64,000 nucleotides of DNA from Eledone cirrhosa (GCA_964016885.1 OZ024744.1:113956001-114020000); one strand, 5' to 3'; positions 1-13,005 are shown, numbered from the stretch's first letter. The notes: generated by a model not told the origin, from the sequence alone. A program made the numbers and translations.

Positions 1-700
1 GGTCGGAATTTATCAAGTCGTCCCAGGTTTTTCTGGGTCTGCCTACTCCATGGCTACCGTCTACCTTTATTGCCCTGCACTTTTTTATACAGCTGTCGTC
101 TTTCATGCGCATCACGTGACCATACCAACGTAGCCTTCTCTCGAGTAAACAACATCTGATCCCTCTTATTTCTGATTTTTCCCTTAGTTCGTTAATGCTT
201 TGCCGTTCAAGTATATTACTATTACACATCCAGCGGAGCATGCAAGCTTCGTTCCTCTCTAGTCTGCGTATATCCTCTGCACACAATGCCCAGGTTTCAC
301 TGCCATGCAACATTGCTGTTCGTATGCAGGCGTCATACAACCTGCCTTTCATTTTTAGCGGCTAATAGTGGTATAAGCTCTCTGAACTTTTTCCATCCAG
401 TTCTGACTCTAGCTACTGTACTTTCAGAGCACCCTCCCCCACTGCTGATTTTGTCACCCAGGTAACGGAAGCTGTCCACTATATCTATAGAACCCTCTGC
501 GCAGTTGAAAGAGCTAGTATTTTGTGGGCACTTGCTGCTACTTATTGCACCAGAGCACCGGCCACATATAAAATCTATGTTCTTAGTTAGCTTACCTGTG
601 ATACCACTACATCTTTTATGCACCCATACTTTGCATTTGGGACATAAAATGGAGTTTCTACCTACGCCTTTCCTACACACTGAGCATGGCCATTTCCCAA
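1..700 (-). mobile_element. RTE-clade LINE family 1, 3' fragment (PHD-like finger plus RT C-terminal region), frameshifted, runs off the left edge
   Basis: Translates to [32 protein letters not shown]...DSFRYLG...RTGWKKF, as in the 2513-5629 ORF. It has a 14-bp deletion at ~358 and is cut at 700 by a microsatellite. Confidence 0.93.
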
Positions 701-1716
701 TATATATATATATATACACATATATATATATATACATATATATATACACATATATATATATACACATATATATATACATATATATATACATATATATATA
801 CACATATATATATACACATATATATTTATATATACACATATATATTTATATATACACATATATATATATATATACACATATATATATATATATACACACA
901 TATATATATATATACATATATATACATACATATATATATACACATATATATATACATATATATATACACATATATATATACATATATATATACATATATA
1001 TATACACATATATATACACACACATATATACATACATATTTATATATACACATATATATATATACATATTTATATATACACATATATATATACATATATA
1101 CATACATATATATATACATATATACATATATATATACATATATACATATATATATACATATAGATATACATATATATATACATATATATATAAATATATA
1201 CATATATATATATACATATATATATAAATATATACATATATATATATACATATATATATAAATATATACATATATATATATACATATATATATATACATA
1301 TATATATATACATATATATATATACATATATATATATACATATATATATATACATACATATATACATATATACATACATACATATATAAATATACATATA
1401 TACATATATATATACATATATACATATATATATACATATATATATACATATACATATATATATACATATACATATATATATATATACATATACATTATAT
1501 ATATATATACATATACATTATATATATATATACATATACATTATATATATATATATATACATATATATATACATATATATATACATATATATATACATAT
1601 ATAAATACATATATATATACATATATAAATACATATATATATACATATATAAATACATATATATATACATATATAAATACATATATATATACATATATAA
1701 ATACATATCTATCTAT
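700..1716. repeat. (TA)n/(CATA)n compound microsatellite
   Basis: Direct reading of the sequence. Similar tracts lie at 1876-2112, 5653-5910, 5996-6505, 7396-7959, 8538-9358, 16040-17474, 17620-18080, 21426-22230, 23050-23389, 24349-24973, 25948-26511, 26843-27293 and 31610-32600. Confidence 0.98.
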
Positions 1717-1875
1717 CTAAGGCGGGTAAAATTCCCGCGATCCATGGACGAGTTCTCTCCAGCGGTCTCTGTCCCTCATTATCGCTGCCATATCCTGCAT
1801 CTCCAACAGACCAGTGTCTGTCCTTAGGGCATCAATATACGTTAACCTTGGTCTTCCTCTTCTAGTGTGTCCATG
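1707..1875 (-). mobile_element. RTE-group LINE family 3, extreme 3' end with (TAGA)n tail
   Basis: [22 protein letters not shown]...[18 protein letters not shown] followed by tagatagat. Near-identical to 22890-23052 (+) and 60697-60903 (-). Confidence 0.88.
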
Positions 1876-1941
1876 TATAAATACATATATATAAATACAT
1901 ATATATAAATACATATATATATACATATATAAATACATATA

Positions 1942-1993
<52 letters not shown>

Positions 1994-2111
1994 CATATAT
2001 ATACATATATATATATACATATATATATACATATATACATATATATACATATATATATACATATATATATATATATACATATATATACATATATATATAT
2101 ATATATACATA

Positions 2112-5100
2112 TCATCATCATCATCATCATCATCAACGTTTAACGTCCGTGTTCCACGCTTGCATGGGTTTGGACGGGGGTAGTCCCACTTGAGGCAAGA
2201 GTGATTGTCTTGCTCGCATAGGACTGTCTGGCAGGTTTTCTACAGTTGGATGCCCTTCCTAACACCAACCACATTTACAGTGTGGGTCTGGGAGGTTTTT
2301 ACCGTGTTGCCTACACGGCCACATTACAGCGTGGACTGTGTGTTTTTTTGTCGTGACACCTACACGATCTCATTTGTTTCGGCCTCGATGGCGCGGCACC
2401 AACATAACTTTACATAGAACGGGGTGGTGTGGATCGGGAGGGGGTGGGGGTGGTGGGACGGGGTGTATTTTGTTAGAGATGCCTACTGGCTGGAGTAGGT
2501 TTTACTATATATTTAGGTAAGGCGGGTCTTCTCTGTTACTGAGTACCGCCAAAGGTCTCGGTCCAGTGACATTGTCTTGGAGAGGTGTAAGTGTGTGATG
2601 TCGGAGTTTATCAGCTCGTCCCAGGTTTTTCTAGGTCTGCCTATTCCGTGACTACCGTCTATCTTTATTGCCCTGCACTTTGTTATACAGCTATCGACTT
2701 TCATGCGCATCACGTGTCCATACCAACGTAGCCTTCTCTCGAGTAAACAACATCTGATCCCTCTTATCTCTAATTTTTTCCTTAGTTCGTTTATGCTTTG
2801 CCGTTCACGTATATTACTGTTACACATCCAGCGGAGCATGCAAGCTTCGTTCCTCTCTAGTCTGCGTATATCCTCTGCACACAATGCCCAGGTCTCACTG
2901 CCATGCAGCATTGCTGTTCGTATGCAGGCATCGTACAACCTGCCTTTCATTTTTAGTGAGAACCCTTTAGCAGCTAATAGTGGTATAAGCTCTCTGAACT
3001 TTTTCCAACCAGTTCTGACTCTAGCTACAGTACTTTCAGAGCACCCTCCCCCACTGCTGATTTTATCGCCCAGGTAACGGAAGCTGTCCACTATTTCTAT
3101 AGAACCCTCTGCGCAATTGAAAGAGCTAGTAGTTTGTGGGCACTTGCTGCTACTTATTGCACCAGAGCACCGGCCACATGTAAAATCTATGTTCTTAGTT
3201 AGCTTACCTGTGATCCCACTACATCTTTTATGCACCCATACTTTGCATTTAGGACATAAAATGGAGTTTCTACCTACGCCTTTCCTACACACCGAGCACG
3301 ACCATTTCCCAGAAGGGACCGCCGCCTTGTTTTCTTTCCTACAAACTAGTACTTTGGTCTTAGCCAGGTTAATTTTAAGTCCTTTTGACTCTAGGCCGTG
3401 CTTCCATGTTTGGAATTTCTTCTCTAGCTCGGCCATTGATTCCGCTATGAGTGTCAGGTCGTCTGCGTATAGGAGTTCCCATGGGCAGCCTGTCTTGAAC
3501 TCCTCTGTTATAGCCTGAAGGGCAATAATAAATAGTAGTGGACTGAGAACAGAGCCCTGATGGACGCCAACTTTTACGCTAAACTCTTCACTATATTCGT
3601 TGTTAATTCTAACCTTGCTGACTGTTTCTTTATACATGGCTTGTATAGCCCTCACAAGCCATTCGTCAACGCCTAGTTTTCTAAGAGCCCACCAGATAAT
3701 GGAGCGGGGGACTCTGTCGAAGGCTTTCTCCAAGTCGACAAAAGCTAAGTAGAGGGGTTTACCTTTAGCTAGGTACTTCTCCTGTAGTTGTCGTACTATG
3801 AAAAGAGCGTCTGTGGTACTTTTGCCTGACACAAACCCGAACTGCATTTCATCTAGGTCAATTCTCTCTCTGATTAGTTGCGCTATTACTCTTTCCGTGA
3901 CCTTCATGACCTGGTCGATTAATTTAATGCCTCTATAGTTACTCCTATCTAGGGTGTCTCCTTTACCCTTATAACAGTTAACGATGATGCTGCTATGCCA
4001 GTCCTTCGGAACAACCCCATTCTGTACGACTTGGTTAACTATGCGGGTGACCATGGTGTGTCCCACCGTGCCAGATGCCTTCAGCATCTCAGCAACTATT
4101 TCCGAAGGCCCAGCCGCCTTACCAGTCTTCATATCCTTGATTGCCTTACTTATTATACTCCCCTCGACTAACACTGCTGGTCCCTCTATTGGGTCGATAT
4201 GGGGGAGACTGCCTTTCTCCCAATTATTCTCCTCATTTAGAAGCCTTTCATAGTGACACTTCCAAGCTACCTTCTTATCAGCGTCGGTGATGGCAAGTGT
4301 GCCATCGTCGTTTAGTACACACTTCTCCCCGACAATATCACGGTTTTCCTTGACGCATTGCCTAGCAATCCTGAACACCTCACGTTTTTGGTCATCGCGT
4401 TGTAGAACATGCTTGAACTTTCTTTCCTCAGCTTCCCTTCTTGCTAAGTACACTTGTCTCCTAGCTTCCCTCCTGGCCACTTGATAGTCCTCTCTACTTC
4501 CCCCATCCCGCCATACTTTCCAAGCCTGCTTTTTGGCCTTAATTGACCCCTCCACCTTACTGTTCCACCACCATGTTACTCTCCTCCTGCCTACAGGCCT
4601 GCTCCAGCCACAGACCTCGTCTGTCGCCAACAGCAGGTTTGCTTTCAGAAATTCCCACTCTCCCTCTATATTGTCCGACTCTAAATGTTCTTCCTTACTG
4701 TCGAAAGCATCAAGTAATATGCTTTGAAATTTATTCCTGGCTGTGGGGTCCTTTAGCTTCCATATTTTCCTCCTGAGGATAGTCCTCTTCTGTTGTCGAG
4801 TACGTCTCGTCCTGACTATGAGGTCGCTAATTATCAGTCTATGTTGGGAGGTGCATTCTTCATGGGGGAGGGATTTAGTGTTAACAACAGACACTCTGTC
4901 ACGTCTTCTGGTAAGGATATAATCTACCTGGCTTGTGTGTTCCCCGGATCTATAGGTGATCAGGTGATTGTCACGTTTTTTGAAGTTAGTGTTACAGATA
5001 GTTAGGTTATTTGCATCACAGAATTCCAGGATTCTGGAGCCTTCCTCATTTCTAGTACCAAACCCATAGCCTCCATGGATTTCGTCGTAGCCGTCACAAT

Positions 5101-5653
5101 GTTGTCCAACGTGACCATTTAGGTCGCCTGCGATAATTATATAGTCACTGTCGGATATTTGGGAGGTAGTTAGCATCAGTGTCTCATAGAATCTGTCTTT
5201 TATAGTGCCGGGCAGTCCGGATTGGGGTGCGTACGCAGATATTACTGTCACCGTAGTTCTATTGAGGACAAGTCGTATTTTAATTATTCTGTCGTTCACT
5301 CTATTTATGTCTATTATCTTATCTGCCCACTTTTCTGCTATCATGATTCCTACTCCACCCAGCCCATCGTCGTTTCCCACCCAGAAAAGCTTATAACAAC
5401 GTTTTTTACCCTCAATGAACCTAGCAGACCCACCCCTCCACCTGGTCTCTTGAATACAACAAACATCGACCTCCTTACGTTCAAGCATTTCTACAACCTC
5501 GTTAGCGCGACCCTTTAGGGTGCCTACATTTATGGTACCAACTCTGAAGTTTTGGATTGCGTTTGGGGGTTGGGGGCGGTGAGGGGCGGGGGGCGATGGG
5601 GTTATGTTAGCCGTCCGCGGTCGAAACAATGAGGAGTGCTCGCATTCTCGTCA
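2112..5653 (-). mobile_element. Near-full-length RTE-clade LINE (family 1) with ~400-bp 3' UTR and (GAT)n tail
   Basis: Uninterrupted APE+RT ORF, then a UTR ending cccgtccaaacccatgcaagcgtggaacacggacgttaaacgtt(gat)n. The 5' end abuts a microsatellite. Confidence 0.96.
2513..5629 (-). CDS. RTE ORF: AP-like endonuclease + reverse transcriptase + PHD-like Cys/His finger (1038 codons, open; annotated start is TTG, no upstream in-frame ATG)
   Basis: APE motifs [43 protein letters not shown] motifs [44 protein letters not shown]. Confidence 0.95.
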   Translation of the reverse strand: MFRPRTANITPSPPAPHRPQPPNAIQNFRVGTINVGTLKGRANEVVEMLERKEVDVCCIQETRWRGGSARFIEGKKRCYKLFWVGNDDGLGGVGIMIAEKWADKIIDINRVNDRIIKIRLVLNRTTVTVISAYAPQSGLPGTIKDRFYETLMLTTSQISDSDYIIIAGDLNGHVGQHCDGYDEIHGGYGFGTRNEEGSRILEFCDANNLTICNTNFKKRDNHLITYRSGEHTSQVDYILTRRRDRVSVVNTKSLPHEECTSQHRLIISDLIVRTRRTRQQKRTILRRKIWKLKDPTARNKFQSILLDAFDSKEEHLESDNIEGEWEFLKANLLLATDEVCGWSRPVGRRRVTWWWNSKVEGSIKAKKQAWKVWRDGGSREDYQVARREARRQVYLARREAEERKFKHVLQRDDQKREVFRIARQCVKENRDIVGEKCVLNDDGTLAITDADKKVAWKCHYERLLNEENNWEKGSLPHIDPIEGPAVLVEGSIISKAIKDMKTGKAAGPSEIVAEMLKASGTVGHTMVTRIVNQVVQNGVVPKDWHSSIIVNCYKGKGDTLDRSNYRGIKLIDQVMKVTERVIAQLIRERIDLDEMQFGFVSGKSTTDALFIVRQLQEKYLAKGKPLYLAFVDLEKAFDRVPRSIIWWALRKLGVDEWLVRAIQAMYKETVSKVRINNEYSEEFSVKVGVHQGSVLSPLLFIIALQAITEEFKTGCPWELLYADDLTLIAESMAELEKKFQTWKHGLESKGLKINLAKTKVLVCRKENKAAVPSGKWSCSVCRKGVGRNSILCPKCKVWVHKRCSGITGKLTKNIDFTCGRCSGAISSSKCPQTTSSFNCAEGSIEIVDSFRYLGDKISSGGGCSESTVARVRTGWKKFRELIPLLAAKGFSLKMKGRLYDACIRTAMLHGSETWALCAEDIRRLERNEACMLRWMCNSNIRERQSINELRKKLEIRGIRCCLLERRLRWYGHVMRMKVDSCITKCRAIKIDGSHGIGRPRKTWDELINSDITHLHLSKTMSLDRDLWRYSVTEKTRLT

Positions 5654-5686
5654 TATACATATATATATATATATACATATATATAC

Positions 5687-5719
<33 letters not shown>

Positions 5720-5736
5720 CATATACATATACATAT

Positions 5737-5767
<31 letters not shown>

Positions 5768-5778
5768 CATATATATAC

Positions 5779-5813
<35 letters not shown>

Positions 5814-5910
5814 CATATACACATATACATATACATATATATATATACATATACATATATATATATATACATATATATATACATATACATATATATATAT
5901 ACATATATAT

Positions 5911-5995
5911 ATGGTGACTGCCAACTCGTTTTCGAGTACGGCCACTACTTTACATCCATGTAGGAGAACCCCTACCAATGCGCTGAACGAGTGAC
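5911..5995 (-). mobile_element. 3' end of bipartite non-autonomous RTE derivative
   Basis: Matches 41174-41258 almost base for base, including the terminal ctcg-aaaa-cgag stem-loop. Confidence 0.75.
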
Positions 5996-6055
5996 ATATC
6001 TATATATACATATACATATATATATATATACATATACACATATATATATATATAC

Positions 6056-6086
<31 letters not shown>

Positions 6087-6221
6087 CATACATACATATA
6101 TATATATATACATACATATATATATATATACATACATACATATATATATATATACATACATATATACATACATATATATATATACATATACATATATACA
6201 TATACATATATATACATATAC

Positions 6222-6254
<33 letters not shown>

Positions 6255-6273
6255 TATATACACATATATATAT

Positions 6274-6316
<43 letters not shown>

Positions 6317-6460
6317 TATATATACATATATATATACATATATATATATACATATATATACAGATACATATACATATATATATATACATACATCGCTATT
6401 TCAGAGCATTAAATCCAAAATATATATATACATACATATATACATATATACATACATATA

Positions 6461-6505
<45 letters not shown>

Positions 6506-6507
<2 letters not shown>

Positions 6508-7395
6508 TATGAAAATAAACCAAAGAAGCCTTCAATACATCAAAAGTCTTTATTAGCCAACAGTGATATTGTGATTTTAGTTGTTATTCTAACATTTATA
6601 TTGTTTGTGCAAATTAACCGGAGATTATCTATTATATTATATTATTATATAATTATATAGTTTATTATATATTTTATGCTTACTTTTAATCATTTATTCT
6701 TCATTTTATACTGTAAATATTATATGCATTATATTTTAATTTTTTTTCATTTGTATTTTTCATTTGTATTTTTATTTTTATTTTTATTATTATTACTATT
6801 ATTTATATTTAAACTCTTGATAAGGGTTAGTTTGTGCTTCTATTGATGGAAATGTGTATTGATATATATGTATATATGTGTACATATGTATATATATATA
6901 TGTATATTGGGCCTTTTAACATTATTATTATTATCATTATTAATTATATTATATTATATTATATTATGTATAGTACAATAATTCCCGCTCTATATCACCA
7001 CCTCTGTTTTAGCTCTAGCTTTTGCATTGGACTATATTTGTAATATGGTTCAAAATGTTACTTACTTCTTTAGTAATTAGCACTTGATAATTTTTAACTT
7101 GATGATTTTTACCCGATTATTTTCCTATGATTTAATCTATGTACACTCCATATTCTTCTGAGTTTTCGGCTTGTATTGGCTGATAGTGCTTCTTATAGCT
7201 TTAATTGCACTGATGAGTCCTTAATAGGACGAAACATTGTTGGCTAATAAAGACTTTTGATGTATTGAAGGCTTCTTTGGTTTATTTTCATAATTCTTCG
7301 GCTCTGTTTAATTACATCGAGCTATACCTTTACTGTCATTTCTATAATATGAAGAGGGTGTTTAACTCCAACACACTCTAGTATTTTAATTCTTA
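6506..7395 (+). mobile_element. Non-coding PLE-derived element: inverted 57-bp arm + AT-rich body + hammerhead + tail
   Basis: 6506-6562 is the reverse complement of 7238-7294. CTGATGA-GTCCT-taat-AGGAC-GAAA lies at 7210-7234. Confidence 0.75.
7201..7250 (+). ncRNA. Type-I hammerhead ribozyme motif (core and stem II perfect; stem I and cleavage triplet GUU degenerate)
   Basis: ctgatga gtcct taat aggac gaaa c att gtt ggctaataa. Confidence 0.72.
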
Positions 7396-7686
7396 TATAT
7401 ACATATATATTTATATATATATATATACATATATATTTATATATATACATATATATTTATATATATATATATGGAGGCACATATATATCTATATATATAC
7501 ATATATATATATACATATAGATATATATATATACATATATATATATATAAATATATATATATATACATATATATATACATATATATATACATATATATAT
7601 ACATATATATATATACACATATATATATACACATATATATATACATATATATACATACATATATATACATAAATATATATACATAA

Positions 7687-7737
<51 letters not shown>

Positions 7738-7758
7738 TACATATATATATATACATAA

Positions 7759-7813
<55 letters not shown>

Positions 7814-7830
7814 CATATATATATATACAT

Positions 7831-7861
<31 letters not shown>

Positions 7862-7922
7862 TAAATATACATATATAAATATACATATATATATATACAT
7901 ATATAAATATATATATATATAC

Positions 7923-7955
<33 letters not shown>

Positions 7956-7959
7956 AATA

Positions 7960-8537
7960 TATTTATTAAAATAACAGATTAAAGTTTAAGCAAAGAATCG
8001 CTGCTTTCACCCTTAACGGGATCTTCTGAAACTAACAAAGTCAATCTGTAAACGCAGAACTGGATATTTCAAAAAACGTTGCAACCGGAGGAAGACAGGA
8101 AGACGATACTTTGGTTCATGGTGACGTTCGCTGGCAAAAAACGAATAATACGTCATTAATAGGAGCGGTGAAAAACAATTACGTGCAAGGACAGAACCAC
8201 GTTTATGGTATAAAAGAGGTCGTAGACTAATGTTCTCTAAGTGGTGACGTATTATTCGTTTTTTCCCGTTCTTTGCCAGCGAACGTCACCATGAACCAAA
8301 GTATCGTCTTCCTGTCTTCCTCCGGTTGCAACGTTTTTTGAAATATCCAGTTCTGCGTTTACAGATTGACTTTGTTAGTTTCAGAAGATCCCGTTAAGGG
8401 TGAAAGCAGCGATTCTTTGCTTAAACTTTAATCTGTTATTTTAATAAATATTTGCTCTTCGGTTCTTATATATTTGATATATATTTTCCTTATCGAGCCC
8501 TCTCTGGATTTTAGTCTTCAATTTTATTAGTATTACT
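7960..8537 (+). mobile_element. Foldback PLE-derived element: ~195-bp inverted arms, variant hammerhead in each arm, 3' tail
   Basis: 7960-8155 is the reverse complement of 8245-8450. agttt-CAGAAGA-tccc gttaa gggt-GAAA-gca..tgc-tt-aaact lies at 8377-8427, mirrored at 7983-8033. Confidence 0.72.
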
Positions 8538-8572
8538 ATATATAAATATATATATATATACATATATAAATA

Positions 8573-8604
<32 letters not shown>

Positions 8605-8836
8605 CATATATAAATATACATATACATATAGACACATATATATATATATACATATATATATATACATATATAAATATACATATACATATATATATATATA
8701 CATATATAAATATACATATACATATATATATATATACATATATAAATATACATATACATATATATATATACATATATATACATATATATATATATATATA
8801 CATATATATACATATATATATATATATACATACATA

Positions 8837-8868
<32 letters not shown>

Positions 8869-8977
8869 CATATATATACATATATATATACATATATATA
8901 TATACATATATATACATATATATATATATATACATATATATACATATATATATATACATATATACATATATATATAT

Positions 8978-9028
<51 letters not shown>

Positions 9029-9303
9029 CATATATATACATATATATATACATATATACATATATATATATATACATATATATATATACATATATATATA
9101 TATACATATATATATATACATATATATATACATATATATATACATATATACATATATATATATACATATATATATACACATATATATATATACACATATA
9201 TACACATATATATATACACATATATACATATACATATATACACATATATACATATATATATACACACATATATATATACACATATATACATATACATATA
9301 TAT

Positions 9304-9344
<41 letters not shown>

Positions 9345-9357
9345 TATATACACATAT

Positions 9358-12020
9358 AGAACTACTGTGACAATAATATCTGCGTACGCGCCCCAATCCG
9401 GACTGCCTGGCGCTATAAAAGACAGATTCTATGAGACACTGATGTTCACTACCTCCCAAATAACCGACAGTGACTATATAATTATTGCTGGTGACCTAAA
9501 TGGTCACGTTGGACAACATTGTGACGGTTATGACGGAATCCACGGAGGCTATGGGTTTGGCACTAGAAATGAGGAAGGCTCCAGAATCTTGGAATTCTGT
9601 GACACAAATAACCTAACTATCTGTAACACTAACTTTAAAATACGAGACAATCACTTGATCACCTACAGATCAGTGGAACATACCAGCCAGGTAGATTATA
9701 TCCTTACCAGAAGACGTGACAGAGTGTCTGTTGTAAACACTAAATCCCTCCCCCATGAAGAATGCACCTCCCAACATAGGCTGATAATTAGCGACCTCAC
9801 AGTCAGGACGAGACGTACTCGACAGCAGAAGAGGACTATCCTCAGGAGAAAAATATGGAAGCTAAAGGATCCCACAGCCAGAAATAAATTTCAAAGCATA
9901 TTACTTGATGCTTTCGACAGTAAGGAAGAGCATTTAGAGTCGTACAATATGGAGGAACAGTGGGAATTCCTGAAAGCAAACCTGCTGATGGCGGCCTACG
10001 AATGGGATGGGGGAAGTAGAGAAGACTATCAAGTGGCCAGGAGGGAAGCTAGGAGACAAGTGTACTTCGCAAGAAGGGAAGCAGAGGAAAGAAAGTTCAA
10101 GCATGTTCTACAATATATATATATATATATATATTGATAGCATGTTCTACAGCGCGAGGACCAAAAAGGTGAGGTGTTCAGGATTGCTAGGCAATGTGTC
10201 AAGGAAAACCGTGATATTGTCGGGGAGAAGCGTGTCCTTAATGATGATGGTGTACTTGCCATCACTGACGCTGATAAGAAGGTAGCTTGGAAGTGTCACT
10301 GCGAAAGGCTACTAAATGAGGAGAATAAATGGAAGAAAGTCTCCTCCACATCGACCCAATAGAGGGACCAGCAGTGTTAGTCGAAGGTTGTATAATAAGT
10401 AAGGCAATCAAAGATATGAAGACGGGTAAGGCGGCTCGGCCTTCGGAAATAGTTGCTGAAATGCTGAAAGCTTCTGGAACGTTGGGACACACCATGGTCA
10501 CCTGGATAGTAAACCAAGTCATACAGAATGGGGTTGTTCCGAAGGACTAGTGTAGCAGCATCATCATTGACTGCTATAAGGGTAAAGGAGATGCCCTAGA
10601 TAGGAGTAACTATAGAGGCATTAATCGACCAGGTCATGAAGGTCACAGAAAAAGTAATAGCGCAACTAATCAGAGAGAGAATTGATCTAGATGAAATGCA
10701 GTTCGGGTTTGTGTCAGGTAAAAGTACAACAGATGCTCTTTTCATTGTACGACAACTACAGGAGAAGTACCTAGCTAAAAGTAAACTCCTATACTTAGCT
10801 TTTGTTGACTTGGAGAAAGCCTTCGACAGAGTCGCCCGTTCCATTATCTGGTGGGCTCTTAGAAAACTAGGTGTTGATGAATGGCTTGTGAGAGCTATAC
10901 AAGACATGTATAAAGAAACAGTCAGCAAGGTTAGAATTAACAACGAATATAGTGAAGAGTTTAGCATAAAAGTTGGTGTTCATCAGGGCGCCGTTCTTAG
11001 CCCCCTACTATTTATTATTGCCCTTCAGGCTATAACAGTGGAGTTCAAGACCGGCTGCCCATGAGAACTCCTATACGCAGATGATCTAACGCTCATAGCT
11101 GAATCAATGGCCGAACTAGAGAAGACATTCCAAACATGGATGCATGGCCTAGAAGCAAAAGGCCTTAAAATTAACCTGTCTAAGACTAAAGTTCTAGTTT
11201 GTAGGAAGGAAAATAGGGCGCCGGTCCCATCCGGGAAATAACCATGCTCAGTGTGTAGGAAAGGAGTAGGTAGAAACTCCATTTTATGTCCCAAATGCAA
11301 AGTATGGGTGCATAAAAGATGTAGTGGGTTCACAGATAAGCTAACTAAGAACATAGATTTTACATGTGGCCGGTGCTCTGGTGCAATAAGTAGCAGCAAG
11401 TGCCCACAGAATACTAGCTCATTCCATTGCACAGATGGTTCTATAGAAATAGTGGACAGCTTCCGTTACCTGGGTGACAAAATCAGCAGTGGGGGAGGGT
11501 GCTCTGAAAGTACAGTAGCTAGAGTCAGAACTGGATGGAAAAAGTTCAGAGGGCTTTTACCACTATTGGCCGCTAAAGGGTTCTCCCTAAAAATGAAAGG
11601 CAGGTTGTATGATGCCTGCATACGAACAGGAATGTTGCATGACAGTGAGACCTGGGCATTGTGTGCAGAGGAACGAAGCTTGCATGCTCCGCTGGATGTG
11701 TAATAGTAATATACGTGAACAGCAAAGCATAAACGAACTAAGGGAAAAATTAGAAATAAAAGGGATCAGATGTTGTTTACTCGAGAGAAGACTACGTTGG
11801 TATGGTCACGTGATGCGCATGAAAGACGACAGCTGTATAAAAAAGTGCAGGGCAATAAAAATAGACGGTAGCCACGGAGTAGGCAGACCCAGAAAAAACT
11901 GGGAGTTGATAAATTCCGACCTCACACACTTACACCTCTCCAAGACAATGCCACTGGACTGAGAGCTTTGGCGCTACACAGTAATAGAGAAAACCCGCCT
12001 TACCTAAGTACAAAGTGAAA
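9358..12020 (+). mobile_element. Decayed 5'-truncated RTE family 1 copy
   Basis: ORF pieces 9367-10137, 10174-10550, 10636-11064 and 11251-11962 are collinear with the 2513-5629 protein. Stops at ~10548 and 11062 (TGG>TGA), frameshifts, and an internal deletion near 10000. Confidence 0.95.
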
Positions 12021-12655
12021 TACCAATGATGGTTGGCAAAATCACTGATGAGTGACTAATTTTATAATATGTAATCCATGTGCAACCATGCAGTATTCTT
12101 CTTCCCCTTGTTTTTCATATATATTTACCTAAACTGCAATTATCTGTTTCTCTCTTTCTCTCTTACTGCTCCCCCGTTCTCTCTGTTTCTCTTACCTTCT
12201 TTCACCCTCTCTGTCAGTTACACTTTTTCTCTCGACTGACCTCTTCCTCGCACTTCCACTCACTCACTCTCTGTTTCTCCCCTTCTCACTTCCTCCCATT
12301 CGCTAGTAGTGGGGTTCCTTCTTTCTCACACTGCACTCACGGCGTACGGTCTGCTTCTCTGAGCGCTCATGAAATTCACCCAGCTTATGCTGATCGGATA
12401 ACTATCATGTGGCTTGCTGTTTTCCAACCTTCGGTTTGCTTTTCCTTCTGTTTACTTGTCTCACTCGCTTTACGCGTTTCACTTGTCCCAATAGCTTATT
12501 TTAGTTGTTGCTCGCACCAACCTGAGGTATCTGATTTTTAATGCGATGAAATACCAATGATGATTGGCAAATCACTGATGAGGGACGAATTTTATAATAA
12601 GTTATCCATCTGCAACCTTGCAGTATTCTTCTTCCCCTTGTTTTTCATATATATA
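12016..12655 (+). mobile_element. Non-coding element bounded by ~108-bp direct repeats (531-bp period) carrying a degenerate hammerhead-like motif
   Basis: 12016-12124 resembles 12547-12655. Each has CTGATGA followed by a hairpin and ctgcaa-cc-ttgcag-ta, but GAAA is missing. Confidence 0.55.
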
Positions 12656-12891
12656 TATATATATATATATATTAGACGGCAAGGTTTTTTTTACAAAAAG
12701 AAAAATAACCGTGGTGTCCTACACGAGTGAAAGTATAAAGAAAAAAAGATGTAATCGAAAATGCAACTGGAGTCTTATTTTTTTTAAAAATATATATATT
12801 TATTTGGTTCCAGCTGTATTTTCGATTTCATCTTTTTTTCTATATATGTATATATATTTGGTTCCAGCTGTATTTTCGATTTCATCTTTTT

Positions 12892-12980
<89 letters not shown>

Positions 12981-13005
12981 CATATAAATATATATACATA
13001 TATAT

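Noticed and set aside
2703-5518. Plus-strand ORFs antisense to the RTE ORF (and equivalents at other RTE and PLE copies)
   Set aside because: They are shadow frames of the TE coding strand with no recognisable motifs.
7960-8450. MITE or DNA-transposon interpretation of the foldback islands
   Set aside because: The arms are not terminal (there is a one-sided tail), no TIR/TSD signature is recognisable, and they carry hammerhead motifs like the coding PLE in this window.
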